The notes beneath the pieces were generated by a model. It was not told where the DNA came from. It worked only from the letters and a program-made list of their open reading frames with translations, and made no database searches. The position numbers and the translations under genes were made by a program. A stretch of DNA of 64,000 nucleotides from Candidatus Hodarchaeota archaeon (GTDB lineage Archaea > Asgardarchaeota > Heimdallarchaeia > Hodarchaeales > Hodarchaeaceae): contig JAHQWW010000003.1 of the NCBI GenBank assembly GCA_029856365.1, positions 32,001 through 96,000 on the forward strand, read 5' to 3'. Shown here piece by piece: positions 10,601 through 20,646 of the stretch. The stretch's first letter is position 1. Every line of letters begins with the position of its first letter.

Positions 10601-11218
10601 CAACTGACTATAGACTTCTAGTAAATCAGGAATAGTCATCACATGAATGCTTGTTTTTGTTGTTTGATTCGTTATTCGAATCTTTTCTTCATCAAAATTA
10701 ACAAATTTTCCATAAAGTTCGATAATCTCTCGATTAAACAATAATATAGATACATTTTTTCCTCTTAGAACCTCTGAAATCTGATTATAGGTTCTAAGCA
10801 CATTTGAACTAAATTTCACAATCTCTTTGATGTTAAAACTGGGAATTTGTAGTTTACGAATGGTTTCTGTCTCTTGGGGGATAAATTTGGCAATTTCTTT
10901 GATGTTATTTGCCAAGTCAAAGTAAATCTTACGATATCCAACTAAAAGGGTATTTAGTAAATCCTCAGATAATTTACCAAATTTCTCTTTATTTTGAGTA
11001 AGGGATCTTTTCATTCCCCTCTTTTTAAAGAATCCTGCTGTAGGCAAGTCTTTTTCCAATTTTTCGATTTCTATCACTAATTTTTGTGCTTCGTTTAAAG
11101 TGGAGACAGCTTGCACTGTTGGGTCAATTGATCGTAATTCAGTCACTAAATCTCGAATCTTATGAAGAACTTCCTTTGAAAGGAGTTCTCCTGCTTCCGA
11201 TGTCATATTGGCTGGCAT
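7700..11218 (-). CDS. 1172-aa helical-repeat / coiled-coil protein
   Basis: Almost entirely amphipathic helices with recurring units; no NTPase motif seen. Confidence 0.8.
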   Translation of the reverse strand: MPANMTSEAGELLSKEVLHKIRDLVTELRSIDPTVQAVSTLNEAQKLVIEIEKLEKDLPTAGFFKKRGMKRSLTQNKEKFGKLSEDLLNTLLVGYRKIYFDLANNIKEIAKFIPQETETIRKLQIPSFNIKEIVKFSSNVLRTYNQISEVLRGKNVSILLFNREIIELYGKFVNFDEEKIRITNQTTKTSIHVMTIPDLLEVYSQLEAENAYLKQRRKGTEGKIQLAIIQMSSELQQHIDTVASIGLDLWAKIDVLKEEIQDIQASTEKTTSVETLITLEKRLNSLSNEFVNALRTYEISLKTETEDQIGRIIQITGREGLESSFSPVPETDVSSTNIPTIIQDIEKIRSWRQQQIIVTKKLISTSELINASKAIRAMKIPVPSDFTKDIRAIEKEAAKTRDLQEWVELAKRYHELKSALAEECQNYFFRLLENPHIQEVINLSEGPQIPIIRDFEALSPSELSSKAREIKDWETRLVAYFSKPAQQSLRQNLLNLYDSRESLRDILSEDLKDQIEYQRKHKIVEEIDIRDLVHEIERLHRLNTNIKTELWNKIDNEIHPIYNQLINLETIPPKLKVHVPILAVDDLKSFRDEASAVAQKSTQELLDEYEKIPVWKYKISSRIRENLKSIPFPLIPIETRFDLREKRSKIVDLIDEYSESGNIEAVIKEYISFLETIEENKNEILIELKKQITNLEGVDRRLFRLLKSRKSSLIYSTDREIDDLDYSEALTEFWQLRAFVERKASTLAEQMEREISSHIQDYSKLPSQYTIFFEETLKLMNEKMAEIKTHKDIIRLVNVFESYSLESLQMAKDSLATLHQNLYNWLRLSLPRINEITPLDDRVFGAEKKIADFEAEEVSHERLAHKLRQLIFLYDTEIVAVLLAHGVKESRKVLKNVNDLKEVGINIIEYVGGYIETFSQVIVKNQEDVQLLEITDVFVEIDRLQTDTKACREIRSMGKRYITEIQDAVEYLFNHYQIDLRQDERVDLAYLSQFQEIATTNHISRLTQAILELVSVRGTVIEIMKKIEKDRNAALQIELGNLEYYSNIQEVFKRYTEEASENIFPLSKLVKAREEFLDSHDLRYILELIPLIDEQRKEWKKVSVQLNHWHHAIRMFRPRYTPTESREENSRQYKEISKKIRETYPHNKVIRSYLSLVMKLLIEIKSGIKLEK

Positions 11219-11516
11219 CCTTCGATAATGAGGTGTAGTCTCTTTTCATTACCACTTAGGTAGAGGGTTCTTTATATGTTTCAGTATTATACACACACTA
11301 TACTTTTCCCCTTTTTTAAATTAATCAAATAATCAAACACTCTGTGGATCTAAAATGCCTTTATTAGCTATACCGCTGGCAAAAACTAAGGGAAAATCAA
11401 CTTAATTTACATAAAAAAAGGTATGACTCATGAAAGTATGAAAGAAAAATTTAAGCAATTATTTATAAGAGAAAAGAAATTAAATTTCAAGATAAGGCTA
11501 AACTATCAATTCATGT

Positions 11517-12338
11517 TTGAAGGTTGAAAGATTGCTGAACGCATTGTTAATCTCAATAGGAAATGAGTTACTATCAGGTAAAACTATCAATACAAATGCG
11601 ACTTATCTTGCGAAAAATCTTACAAATTTAGGATTTGTCGTAAAAAAAATCATTACTGTTCCTGATGATCCAGAAATTGTACCAATCGAGATTTCTCACG
11701 CACTCTTATCGAATGATTACCGAATTATTCTTATAACGGGAGGTTTAGGTCCGACTTGGGATGACTCAACAGCATTCTTTCTATCAAAAGCACTAGGTGT
11801 TGACACAGAACTTAACGCTAAAGCTTTATCAATAGTTACACAACGCTACCAAGTTTTATTCAATAAAAAACTGGTAGAAACGTCTGAAATTACCCCAGCA
11901 CGAAAAAAAATGGCAATTCTACCAGTAAACGCTGATCCTATTGATAATCCTGTTGGGACTGCCCCTGGAATCTTTTTTAACCATAAAGACTCAAATACAT
12001 GGATTTTCTGTCTTCCTGGGGTACCTCGGGAAATGAAGGCAATGTATCTTTTAATTGAGTCCGAAATTATGGCTTTAATAAAAGAGAAACATATGAGTTA
12101 CTATGAAACAGAATTTACATCATCGTTCACAGATGAATCTTTACTTGCCCCGTTTTTAATACGAGTGCGTCAAAAGTATGATGTGTGGATAAAATCACTT
12201 CCAGAAGCTTATCAAGAGGAAAAAAATATTCGCTTAATTATATCAAAATCAGCAGACTCAGAGGTGGATGCGAAGAAAGAAGTTATGGATGCAAAAGCAT
12301 ACCTCCAAAAATTATTAGATTTATCACATAATTCCTAG
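11517..12338 (+). CDS. cinA: CinA-like molybdopterin-binding-domain protein
   Basis: 'IGNELLSGKTINTN', 'TGGLGPTWDD', 'NPVGTAPG', 'LPGVPREM'. Confidence 0.9.
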   Translation: MKVERLLNALLISIGNELLSGKTINTNATYLAKNLTNLGFVVKKIITVPDDPEIVPIEISHALLSNDYRIILITGGLGPTWDDSTAFFLSKALGVDTELNAKALSIVTQRYQVLFNKKLVETSEITPARKKMAILPVNADPIDNPVGTAPGIFFNHKDSNTWIFCLPGVPREMKAMYLLIESEIMALIKEKHMSYYETEFTSSFTDESLLAPFLIRVRQKYDVWIKSLPEAYQEEKNIRLIISKSADSEVDAKKEVMDAKAYLQKLLDLSHNS

Positions 12339-12586
12339 TGAAGTAATAGTGTAACCCATATATGTAGGAAAATTACTAGGAACAACTGAATGAATTGCAG
12401 TTAATATCTAATGTCTAAACTTTGTATAGAAAATAAATATAGAAGAAAAACTTTACAAGAGTGATAGCTGAATATCATACACAGTGTTGTTGTTTTCACT
12501 TAGATCACCATCTTTGTTAGACTATTTAAATGAGATCAAACTAGGATTTAATTGCAGAAAAATGGCATTGGAGAATTGCTTGCCAA

Positions 12587-14893
12587 ATGAGCGACGATAA
12601 TGATTCAAAATTACTACTACTAAAAGTTGCAGAGGCGAACCAGGGGGACGTGGGACGAGGATTGGTTCGCATAGATTATTCCATCATGCGGGAAAATGGA
12701 TTAGAAACAGGAGATATAATTGAAATCTCTAGTGAGAGAGCTAATGGAAGAAAAACAGGTGCCTTGGTCATACCTGGAAGACGAGAAGATCGGGGGAAAA
12801 ATATCATCAGGATGGATGGGTTAATCAGAGGGAATGTGGGGACAAGTTTAGGTGAAACTGTTCGAATTCGGCAAATCAAAAAACGAGAAGCAAATCGTAT
12901 CACTATAGCACCTGCAGAAGAACGTATTAGGCTTTTAGTTAGATCAGAAATTATTCGTGAACGTTTACAGAATCATCCAGTCTCACGTGGTGATTTACTG
13001 GTTATAACGGGGCAAATCCGTAAGATTCCTCCCTCTGGAGGATCCAGTGGAACAGGAATGGATGATTTCATCTCTCGTTTCTTCGGCGCATCAAGTCCCG
13101 TATCTTTGGGTGAGATTAAAGTTGTGGTCGTTGCAACGGACCCAGAAGGCATTGTTACGGTAGGAGATACAACAGAAGTCAATATTGTTGAAGAAGCTCC
13201 TAAGGATCTTCGAATGATGCCACGAGTGACATACGAGGATATTGGTGGCCTATCGGAGGAAATTAAGCGTGTGAGAGAGATGATCGAGCTTCCGATGAAA
13301 CATCCCGAACTCTTTGAAAGGTTAGGGATCGATCCTCCAAAAGGTGTCTTATTACATGGACCTCCAGGTACAGGAAAAACATTACTTGCCAAAGCTGTTG
13401 CAAATGAATCAGGAGTTAATTTCGTATCAATTGCTGGGCCCGAAATTATGTCAAAATTTTATGGAGAGAGTGAACAACGAATTCGTGAGATTTTTGAACA
13501 AGCTGAGAAAGACGCCCCAAGTATTATTTTTATAGATGAATTAGATTCAATCGCAGTAAAAAGGGAAGAAGTCACTGGAGAAGTAGAAAGACGAGTTGTT
13601 GCTCAATTGTTGGCCTTGATGGATGGTTTAAAGAGTCGTGGTAAAGTTATAGTTATTGGGGCAACGAACCGGCCTAATGCACTCGATCCTGCCTTGCGAA
13701 GACCTGGACGATTTGACAGAGAAATTGAAATTGGGGTTCCAGATAGAAATGGGCGTTATGAAGTCTTGTTGGTTCATACAAGAGGAATGCCTATTGATGA
13801 AGATGTCGATTTAGAAGAATATGCTGCTAAAACACATGGTTTTGTTGGAGCAGACATCGCTGCTCTTACAAAAGAAGCTGCAATGCATACTCTTCGAAAA
13901 GTTTTACCAAAAATTGATTTTGATAAACCTCTCACGCCAGAAATTCTTTCAAAATTAGTTGTCTCGAAAGAAAATTTCGATGAAGCACTTAAAATTACAG
14001 AGCCCTCAGCTATGCGCGAAGTACTGTTGGAGATTCCAAATATTCACTGGAAAGATATTGGGGGTCTTGAAGGGGTGAAACAACAACTTATTGAAGCTGT
14101 AGAATGGCCCATTATTTATCCTGAGATGTTTAAGCGCCATGGTATTACCCCTCCCCATGGTATTCTTCTTTATGGTCCACCTGGGACTGGAAAGACCCTC
14201 TTAGCCAAAGCTGTTGCTACTGAAAGCCAAGCAAATTTCATAGCAATTCGTGGGCCTGAGTTTCTGTCAAAATGGGTTGGTGAAAGTGAAAAAGCTGTTC
14301 GTGAAGTTTTTAGGAAAGCTAAACAAGCATCTCCTTCTATTATATTTTTAGACGAGCTTGATGCCATTGCTCCTCGCCGAGGAGTATTTGCTGGTGGTAG
14401 CCACGTCACGGAGAGTGTTGTGAACCAAATATTATCATTACTAGATGGTTTAGAGAATCTTCGTGATGTTGTTGTACTAGGTGCAAGTAATCGACCAGAT
14501 ATGATCGACCCAGCTCTCCTCAGACCAGGGAGGTTTGATCGATTATTATTGGTGAAGCCTCCTGATACTGAATCTCGAGAAAAAATCCTACAGATTCATA
14601 CAAATGCAATGAGGCTGGCGTTGGATGTCAACATTTCCCAACTTGCTAGTGACTTAGATGGATATGTAGGTGCAGATATAGCTGCAATTTGCCGTGAAGC
14701 TGTTATGATTGCACTCCGTGAAGATTTAAACACGGAATTAATAGAAAAACGTCATTTTTTTGAAGCAAAAAAAGCCATTCATCCCAGCATTAGTGATAAG
14801 ATTATCAAAGAATTTGAAGAATTAGAACGTAAGCTTTTAGGGAAATCGGAAATTGGACGGAAAGATGTATTAGGATTGAAAGATTATCTCTGA
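12587..14893 (+). CDS. cdc48: Cdc48/VCP-family AAA+ ATPase
   Basis: N-domain plus two AAA modules (GPPGTGKT twice, FIDELD/FLDELD, RPGRFDR twice). Confidence 0.98.
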   Translation: MSDDNDSKLLLLKVAEANQGDVGRGLVRIDYSIMRENGLETGDIIEISSERANGRKTGALVIPGRREDRGKNIIRMDGLIRGNVGTSLGETVRIRQIKKREANRITIAPAEERIRLLVRSEIIRERLQNHPVSRGDLLVITGQIRKIPPSGGSSGTGMDDFISRFFGASSPVSLGEIKVVVVATDPEGIVTVGDTTEVNIVEEAPKDLRMMPRVTYEDIGGLSEEIKRVREMIELPMKHPELFERLGIDPPKGVLLHGPPGTGKTLLAKAVANESGVNFVSIAGPEIMSKFYGESEQRIREIFEQAEKDAPSIIFIDELDSIAVKREEVTGEVERRVVAQLLALMDGLKSRGKVIVIGATNRPNALDPALRRPGRFDREIEIGVPDRNGRYEVLLVHTRGMPIDEDVDLEEYAAKTHGFVGADIAALTKEAAMHTLRKVLPKIDFDKPLTPEILSKLVVSKENFDEALKITEPSAMREVLLEIPNIHWKDIGGLEGVKQQLIEAVEWPIIYPEMFKRHGITPPHGILLYGPPGTGKTLLAKAVATESQANFIAIRGPEFLSKWVGESEKAVREVFRKAKQASPSIIFLDELDAIAPRRGVFAGGSHVTESVVNQILSLLDGLENLRDVVVLGASNRPDMIDPALLRPGRFDRLLLVKPPDTESREKILQIHTNAMRLALDVNISQLASDLDGYVGADIAAICREAVMIALREDLNTELIEKRHFFEAKKAIHPSISDKIIKEFEELERKLLGKSEIGRKDVLGLKDYL

Positions 14894-15073
14894 TATGCTC
14901 TCAACAATGAGATAGTACGATCTTATTATAGCTAAGGCATAGTATTTCCATGTTCTCTTCTTGAGAAAAAGTGAACACTATTATATTACAATATTGACGT
15001 TTAAGTATTTTCCAATCTGCCCCATTTTGGTATAGTTAAATTCTCCTGATATTTATCCATAATCCAAAGAATA

Positions 15074-16024
15074 TCACTTGGTATTATCTGCAGATCGAAT
15101 TATTGGTTTATAAATGTCTAAAGGCCACTGTTTCTCCATCAATTTCAGAAGCACACGTGAGTCAAATTGATCAATCTCAATCGAAGCTGATGCTGTTTTC
15201 ATTAATCGTTCAGCTATCAATTTTGATCGTACGACGGAATCGGAGTACCCTATTATGAGTCCAATCACTAAAGGATGATTTTTCACTATAACAAGCTGAA
15301 GATCGGAAGCTGTTATTACTTCCATTCCAGTTGGATTCTTTGATAATTCTTTCACTGTTTCACTAATACCCAAATTTAGCTGATCCAGGATAGGACGTTC
15401 TATATTTATGAATTTCGTAGTATAGATCTGATGTGTTTCGAGATCAATTAAAATTACTACTCGTACTTTACATTTGAATGTGGATTCAACTCCAGCCAAT
15501 ATATCGGCTATCCAGTCAAATGCATCATAAAAATTCTCACCAGTCTTTGCTGATACCCGAAATAAGCCTACAGGTCTATCTGATCTTTGCGCGCGAGGTA
15601 AATCAAGATCCTGTACAATTAGATCAAAAGCTCGAGCCCCCTCTAAGTCAATTTTATTAGCAATGAAGAGAACAGGGGCTTTCTCGTTTCTCTGAATGGA
15701 ATCCCAGAAAGCCTCTGATGCTTCTGTGATACGAATATCAGCACTATCAAGTACAAAAACGATTGCTGACGCTTTTTCTAGAGAATCATGCCATAAAAGG
15801 TTACGGTATATCTCTTGTCCACCTAAATCAACCAAATTGAACTCAATTTGACGATATCTCACGGTTCGATAGTTGACACCGAGGGTTCGTGTTGTAGGTA
15901 CAAATTCTGAACGTAAAAGTCTATTAACGATTGTGGTTTTACCAGCGCCGTCGAGACCAATAATGGTAATCTCATATTTCTCGACCTTTTTTCCTTTGAA
16001 AATTCTTCGCAATATACTCGACAC
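15074..16024 (-). CDS. Arf-like small GTPase fused to C-terminal roadblock/longin-like domain
   Basis: N-terminal amphipathic helix; G1 GLDGAGKTT, G3 DLGGQ, G4 NKID, G5 SAK; about 140-aa alpha/beta extension. Confidence 0.88.
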   Translation of the reverse strand: MSSILRRIFKGKKVEKYEITIIGLDGAGKTTIVNRLLRSEFVPTTRTLGVNYRTVRYRQIEFNLVDLGGQEIYRNLLWHDSLEKASAIVFVLDSADIRITEASEAFWDSIQRNEKAPVLFIANKIDLEGARAFDLIVQDLDLPRAQRSDRPVGLFRVSAKTGENFYDAFDWIADILAGVESTFKCKVRVVILIDLETHQIYTTKFINIERPILDQLNLGISETVKELSKNPTGMEVITASDLQLVIVKNHPLVIGLIIGYSDSVVRSKLIAERLMKTASASIEIDQFDSRVLLKLMEKQWPLDIYKPIIRSADNTK

Positions 16025-16456
16025 TAATAACCACCGATCGTAATAGAGTAGTCAATAATTCCAAAAAAATTAATGTATTTTTTGTAAATAAATTTTCTAC
16101 TTGCACTCATAAATCTTTACAAATCATAATTAAGAATGGCTAGAAAATCAACTTAATTAATTTTGAGGAAACACTCAATATCTTTTCCGTTATTCAAAAA
16201 AGAGGGATATTACTAATTTATATTCTTAAACTTTTTAAATGAAGCTACTTTTTCATCATTGATATGGGCTACTACCAGTCAGAATTGGAATTTCTCATGA
16301 GTTTTTTAGCTTCTTTGAGATATTTACACTTTTTCTTATAGACCTTTATGTGGAGTGAAATAAACTAAACTTCGCTTTGGGTTAATAATAGAAATATTAA
16401 GTAAACTTAAAATTGCATCTTAAGCTGTTAGGAGACTTTAAAGGAGAGATTTTATT

Positions 16457-17404
16457 TTGAGAGGTAATTTTACAGAAACTCCAGAGTTTCGTGAACTAAA
16501 AACTACAATGAAGAAAATTAAAAATTTAACCATTCAAGGTGCTACGAATGTTGCTATTTTTGGGGTTCAAGCTTTCGCAAAACATGCCAAAACTGTTCCA
16601 TTAAAAGGAGATGATCTATTTAAACACTTAGAGGCTGTTGTTGATCAACTTAGCAGTGTTAGAGTTACAGAGCCAGCATTAAGAAATGGTTTACGATATG
16701 TCATGACAGGGATACGGCTAGATGGAAAAGAAACTGCTGATATTCATGGCAAGAAGTATATTAACTTAATAAATGAAGCTAAGCTGAAAATCTTTAAAAC
16801 TGGGGCCGAACGAATACAAGATGGCTCGCGAGTTTTCACCCACTGCCATTCGTCTATTACAGTGGGGATTTTTCTTGAAGCAGCTAAGCAAGGGAAGGAC
16901 TTCGAAGTAATTAACACAGAGACTCGACCTCTTTATCAAGGGAGAAAGACAGCAAAAAAACTATTAGAGAATAACATTAGAGTTACTCACATTGTAGATT
17001 CAGCAATGCGATGGGCAATGAACATTTACAATCCTCATATGATTTTTATGGGAGCAGATGCTATTACTGTTGAAGGGGTAGCTTTAAATAAGATTGGTTC
17101 CCGTCTCTGTGCTCTAGCATCGGAAGAAGAACATATTCCTCTCTATATTTGCACCTCGCTTTTAAAATATGATCAAGCTACCAGCATAGGCCGACTTAGT
17201 GAAATTGAAATGCGTGCTCCCTTTGAAATTTGGGATGATGATGTTCCTCCAGGTATTAGGGTTGTTAACCCTGCTTTTGAAACCATTGACCGAAATAATA
17301 TCTCTGCTTATATAACTGAAGCAGGATTAATTCCCCCTCAAACGGTTCATATGACATTTCAACGTCTGTATGGCAAAAAAATTCAATACTATCATCATTT
17401 TTAG
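16457..17404 (+). CDS. ribose-1,5-bisphosphate isomerase (eIF2B-like family)
   Basis: 'IQGATNVA', 'RVTEPALRN', 'THCHS', 'ETRPLYQG', 'GADAI', 'NKIGS', 'NPAFE'. Confidence 0.9.
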   Translation: MRGNFTETPEFRELKTTMKKIKNLTIQGATNVAIFGVQAFAKHAKTVPLKGDDLFKHLEAVVDQLSSVRVTEPALRNGLRYVMTGIRLDGKETADIHGKKYINLINEAKLKIFKTGAERIQDGSRVFTHCHSSITVGIFLEAAKQGKDFEVINTETRPLYQGRKTAKKLLENNIRVTHIVDSAMRWAMNIYNPHMIFMGADAITVEGVALNKIGSRLCALASEEEHIPLYICTSLLKYDQATSIGRLSEIEMRAPFEIWDDDVPPGIRVVNPAFETIDRNNISAYITEAGLIPPQTVHMTFQRLYGKKIQYYHHF

Positions 17405-17455
17405 AGTAAAAATTGCATTATTTCATCAAAACAGTTTAATAGGATCTTTTAGGTG

Positions 17456-17812
17456 TTAACGAATATCAGGCCCGTCACCTAGATAATATGCATCGTCCTC
17501 TACAAACCCTATTTTTTCAAGTTCATCACGTATGCTTCTTAGAATAAGTTGTTCTTCATTTTCATCATCTTCATATGGCCAAATCGTGAATCCAACGATT
17601 ATTTCACATTGATGAGTTTCATCATCAAAACTATCCAATTCGACATAAAACCCTCGTGCGGTTCCTGCGAATTCTTTTTCTAGTGTTTGACTCACTTCGA
17701 TTAGGTTTGCATCGGCTGATTCGAAGGTCATTTGCTCCTCTCCCTCACGAAAAAGACCGTTGAAAACATAATATCGTGTAATAGCAGCAGTCAAAGACTC
17801 ACGATAAACCAT
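17456..17812 (-). CDS. acidic hypothetical protein
   Basis: 118-aa ORF filling the gap between genes. Confidence 0.65.
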   Translation of the reverse strand: MVYRESLTAAITRYYVFNGLFREGEEQMTFESADANLIEVSQTLEKEFAGTARGFYVELDSFDDETHQCEIIVGFTIWPYEDDENEEQLILRSIRDELEKIGFVEDDAYYLGDGPDIR

Positions 17813-17937
17813 GGGAATTCACAGGCCTACTGACAATTTCTTTCTAGAAATCCTTTATATTAATGCATTTTATTCTTCAATGATATATTAATTACTGAGA
17901 TTAATTTTTTCTTTTCAATTGTTACGATATCTTTGTT

Positions 17938-19197
17938 CTAAAAGAAATCATCTAATGTTTTTCGATTTAAAATGGGGCTTTGATGATAATAAAATCTCAT
18001 TGGAATTGTTAAATTCTCACCAATAAATTGAAGTGCCTGTTGCAAATTATCAAAACACTGATATGGATTGTTGACTGCTTTACGCATGTTTTCCCGGACT
18101 TGCCAAACACCCAATGGAATTGAATATCCCTTTCCAACCTCACGAAAAGCAACCACTGCGGCTTTACGCCTCATTTGTACGAGCTTTTCTTGTACAGCTA
18201 ATCTAGCAGCATAATAACCTCCAACAGTATTAGTTGCGTAAGTTTTTCGTCCATTTGGCCCTTCAGTATCAGTTGAAATTCCTGGAGTTGAACTAGTAAG
18301 ATTCCAAGCACTCTTTTTTTTCCATGTTTCATGATAATCGAAGTGCCACTCACGCCTAGGAATAAATAGAACCCAAAAATCATTATCCAAGTAGGAATTA
18401 TGAAAAACCATATAATCTTGAATTTCAGGATAGTCTTGAATTTGTCTCCTGAGATGATTACCAGTCATATCGTCAACAGCTGTGATACTCCACCTTGTAG
18501 GTACAAACTTTCGATTTTTAGTCAAACCTAATAAGCCAGCAGATAATATTCTTGATATTTGAGTGACTGTTGCCTCTGTTTTATATAGTTCTGTGACTGC
18601 AGAGACAGCATTCAAATCAGAATCACTTACAACTCGATCGACTTTATGATCGACTTTAGGTGTTGTTGTCAATTGGATAGAGTCTATATTAATACGAGCA
18701 CCCATAGGTTGGGTGAAACGATCGAAATTTATGTCTAACCGAGGTTTTTTAGAGAATTTTACTTCCAAATCAATAGGAGATGAAGATTGGATTTGTTCCT
18801 GTGTGATTTCAAGGATTTTTGTGGACGAGGTTATATCTGTGACTTTGATTGGTTCAGCTATAAATCGAAATAACTTTGCTCGGAGGTTAACTATGTCTTC
18901 TAATGACATATTTGTCTGCCAAATATCAGGTTCATCGATTACCTGAATATTTTCCCAGTTAATTGCTGCCATTGGTCCTAATCTAACCTTAGGATATCCG
19001 AATCTACCAACAAACAAGCTCGGAGGGCTAGGCCCATAGTATTCATTTTTTAATTTAGGTAAGATCTTCCTAACGGGCAATAGGGCCTTTGTTTTAAGAA
19101 TTATGGGACAATAGGAAAGACCACATAAAAATTTCCCGCCCTTACAGCGTAAACAGAGCTCTTTGTTTGTAGATAATTTAACCATGATTTCACTCAC
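17938..19197 (-). CDS. nreA: Nre-family PCNA-interacting DNA repair protein
   Basis: N-terminal 'CLRCKGGKFLCGLSYCP', 'FVGRFGYPKV', 'VPTRWSITAVD', 'GGYYAARL', 'GVWQVRE'; C-terminal PIP-like 'RKTLDDFF'. Confidence 0.93.
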   Translation of the reverse strand: MSEIMVKLSTNKELCLRCKGGKFLCGLSYCPIILKTKALLPVRKILPKLKNEYYGPSPPSLFVGRFGYPKVRLGPMAAINWENIQVIDEPDIWQTNMSLEDIVNLRAKLFRFIAEPIKVTDITSSTKILEITQEQIQSSSPIDLEVKFSKKPRLDINFDRFTQPMGARINIDSIQLTTTPKVDHKVDRVVSDSDLNAVSAVTELYKTEATVTQISRILSAGLLGLTKNRKFVPTRWSITAVDDMTGNHLRRQIQDYPEIQDYMVFHNSYLDNDFWVLFIPRREWHFDYHETWKKKSAWNLTSSTPGISTDTEGPNGRKTYATNTVGGYYAARLAVQEKLVQMRRKAAVVAFREVGKGYSIPLGVWQVRENMRKAVNNPYQCFDNLQQALQFIGENLTIPMRFYYHQSPILNRKTLDDFF

Positions 19198-19245
19198 TAA
19201 GTACTTTATATAGACTCATTGCTCTTTACACAGATAATATCTTTT

Positions 19246-20631
19246 TTAAAGTGTTTTTTGAACTGGTTTTGAGGAACGAGTCACATTCACATTTTTATAA
19301 TTTCCTTTCTGACCAATTATCAAAGTCCCATATACTCCATCAAACCCATAGGGATGAAAAGTGAAATTACCAGCTTTAACTTGTAGAATTGCTTCAATTA
19401 TCGATGTTTCTATTTGACCATGAAGTTTTGCTTCAACTTCTTCAGAAGTAAGTTGCCATAAAATCCGTTCAGGGCCTATATAACTTGTAATTCGCCGATA
19501 TTGATTAATTAAAGACTTAGCTGTCTTAGTTCTTATATTTAAGACATGACTTAAGATATCTATTAATGGTACCATACGAATGAATTTTTTTGGTGGTTTT
19601 TCTTCCCCAAGTACTCTTTTTCCTTTTTGAGTGTTACTAATCTCAACACATCTCTGGAAGACCCCGATTGTTAACGGTTTTTTACAAATTGGGCAAATAT
19701 CATCTAATGGTACGTGTTGAGGAGAAAAATAACAATAATCATTATCACCGTGTAAACCAGGGCGTTTCCTTCCTGCACGATGACCAGTTAAAAAAAACCT
19801 TCCTTCTTCTGGAGGAAATTCAACTGTATATAACACTTGATTATTACGTAGAGCTAATACTATACTTTGATAATCAAATTTCGATACAGAAAGAACAGTG
19901 AATTCACGGCCCATCCTATGTAAGGCACTTGAGTGAGCATCTGAATTTGATATTAATGTTCTATCATCTAATTCAGGAATTAATGCTAAGAATTCGGGAT
20001 CAGCGGATAACCCAGTCTCAAAAACGTGTAATCTTGAAGTTGCTGAAGCGAAAAAATCTGATAAATAGTTAATACGAATATTGCCTTTCCCAGATCCGAA
20101 AACTCCTTGGGGTGTCATAATATGAGCTGGAATAGCCTCGATCCATGGATCTAAATCTAAAATGGCGTGAATTCGTTCTGCAACTTGATCTGAAGATTGA
20201 CATGTAATAAAAGGTCTTGCCATTTTATGGTGTTTAACCCCCCATTGGTCCAATAAAACTCTAAATGTTTCTATTAAGGGAAAATTTGGAAATAGAAAGA
20301 TTACATGTGTTTCTTTAGAATATTCTCCTATCTTTGCCGTGAAAATCATTTCCGTCTGCAAAATAAACCGAGTTTGATTATTATTTTGGAGAAAAAATAC
20401 TCCTTTCATATCTTCAATAAGAGCTTCCTTGAGAATATCAGTCCACATTGTGAATTGACAATCTCCTGTCCCAATCAAGTCAACGCCTTTTAATGGCATT
20501 GTCTGATTCGTTTTTGCTAAATGTAAAATTCCTTTTTTCCGATTTATAAGCTTAGTTTCTGGTTTAATTCCAAGGCTTTGAGTTCCACCAGCAAAAATAG
20601 AATGAGCGTGTAAATCTACCGCTACTTCCAA
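19246..20631 (-). CDS. endoQ: endonuclease Q family (PHP domain + Zn finger)
   Basis: 'DLHAHS', 'GTGD', 'PAHIMTP', 'ETGLSAD', 'NSDAHS...GREF', CPIC, 'GFDGVYG'. Confidence 0.88.
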   Translation of the reverse strand: MEVAVDLHAHSIFAGGTQSLGIKPETKLINRKKGILHLAKTNQTMPLKGVDLIGTGDCQFTMWTDILKEALIEDMKGVFFLQNNNQTRFILQTEMIFTAKIGEYSKETHVIFLFPNFPLIETFRVLLDQWGVKHHKMARPFITCQSSDQVAERIHAILDLDPWIEAIPAHIMTPQGVFGSGKGNIRINYLSDFFASATSRLHVFETGLSADPEFLALIPELDDRTLISNSDAHSSALHRMGREFTVLSVSKFDYQSIVLALRNNQVLYTVEFPPEEGRFFLTGHRAGRKRPGLHGDNDYCYFSPQHVPLDDICPICKKPLTIGVFQRCVEISNTQKGKRVLGEEKPPKKFIRMVPLIDILSHVLNIRTKTAKSLINQYRRITSYIGPERILWQLTSEEVEAKLHGQIETSIIEAILQVKAGNFTFHPYGFDGVYGTLIIGQKGNYKNVNVTRSSKPVQKTL

Positions 20632-20646
20632 TAATCGTTCTCCTCA

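Noticed and set aside
1253-14893. ERAD-like operon (TM-RING + Cdc48)
   Set aside because: About 10 kb apart, on opposite strands, with unrelated genes in between.
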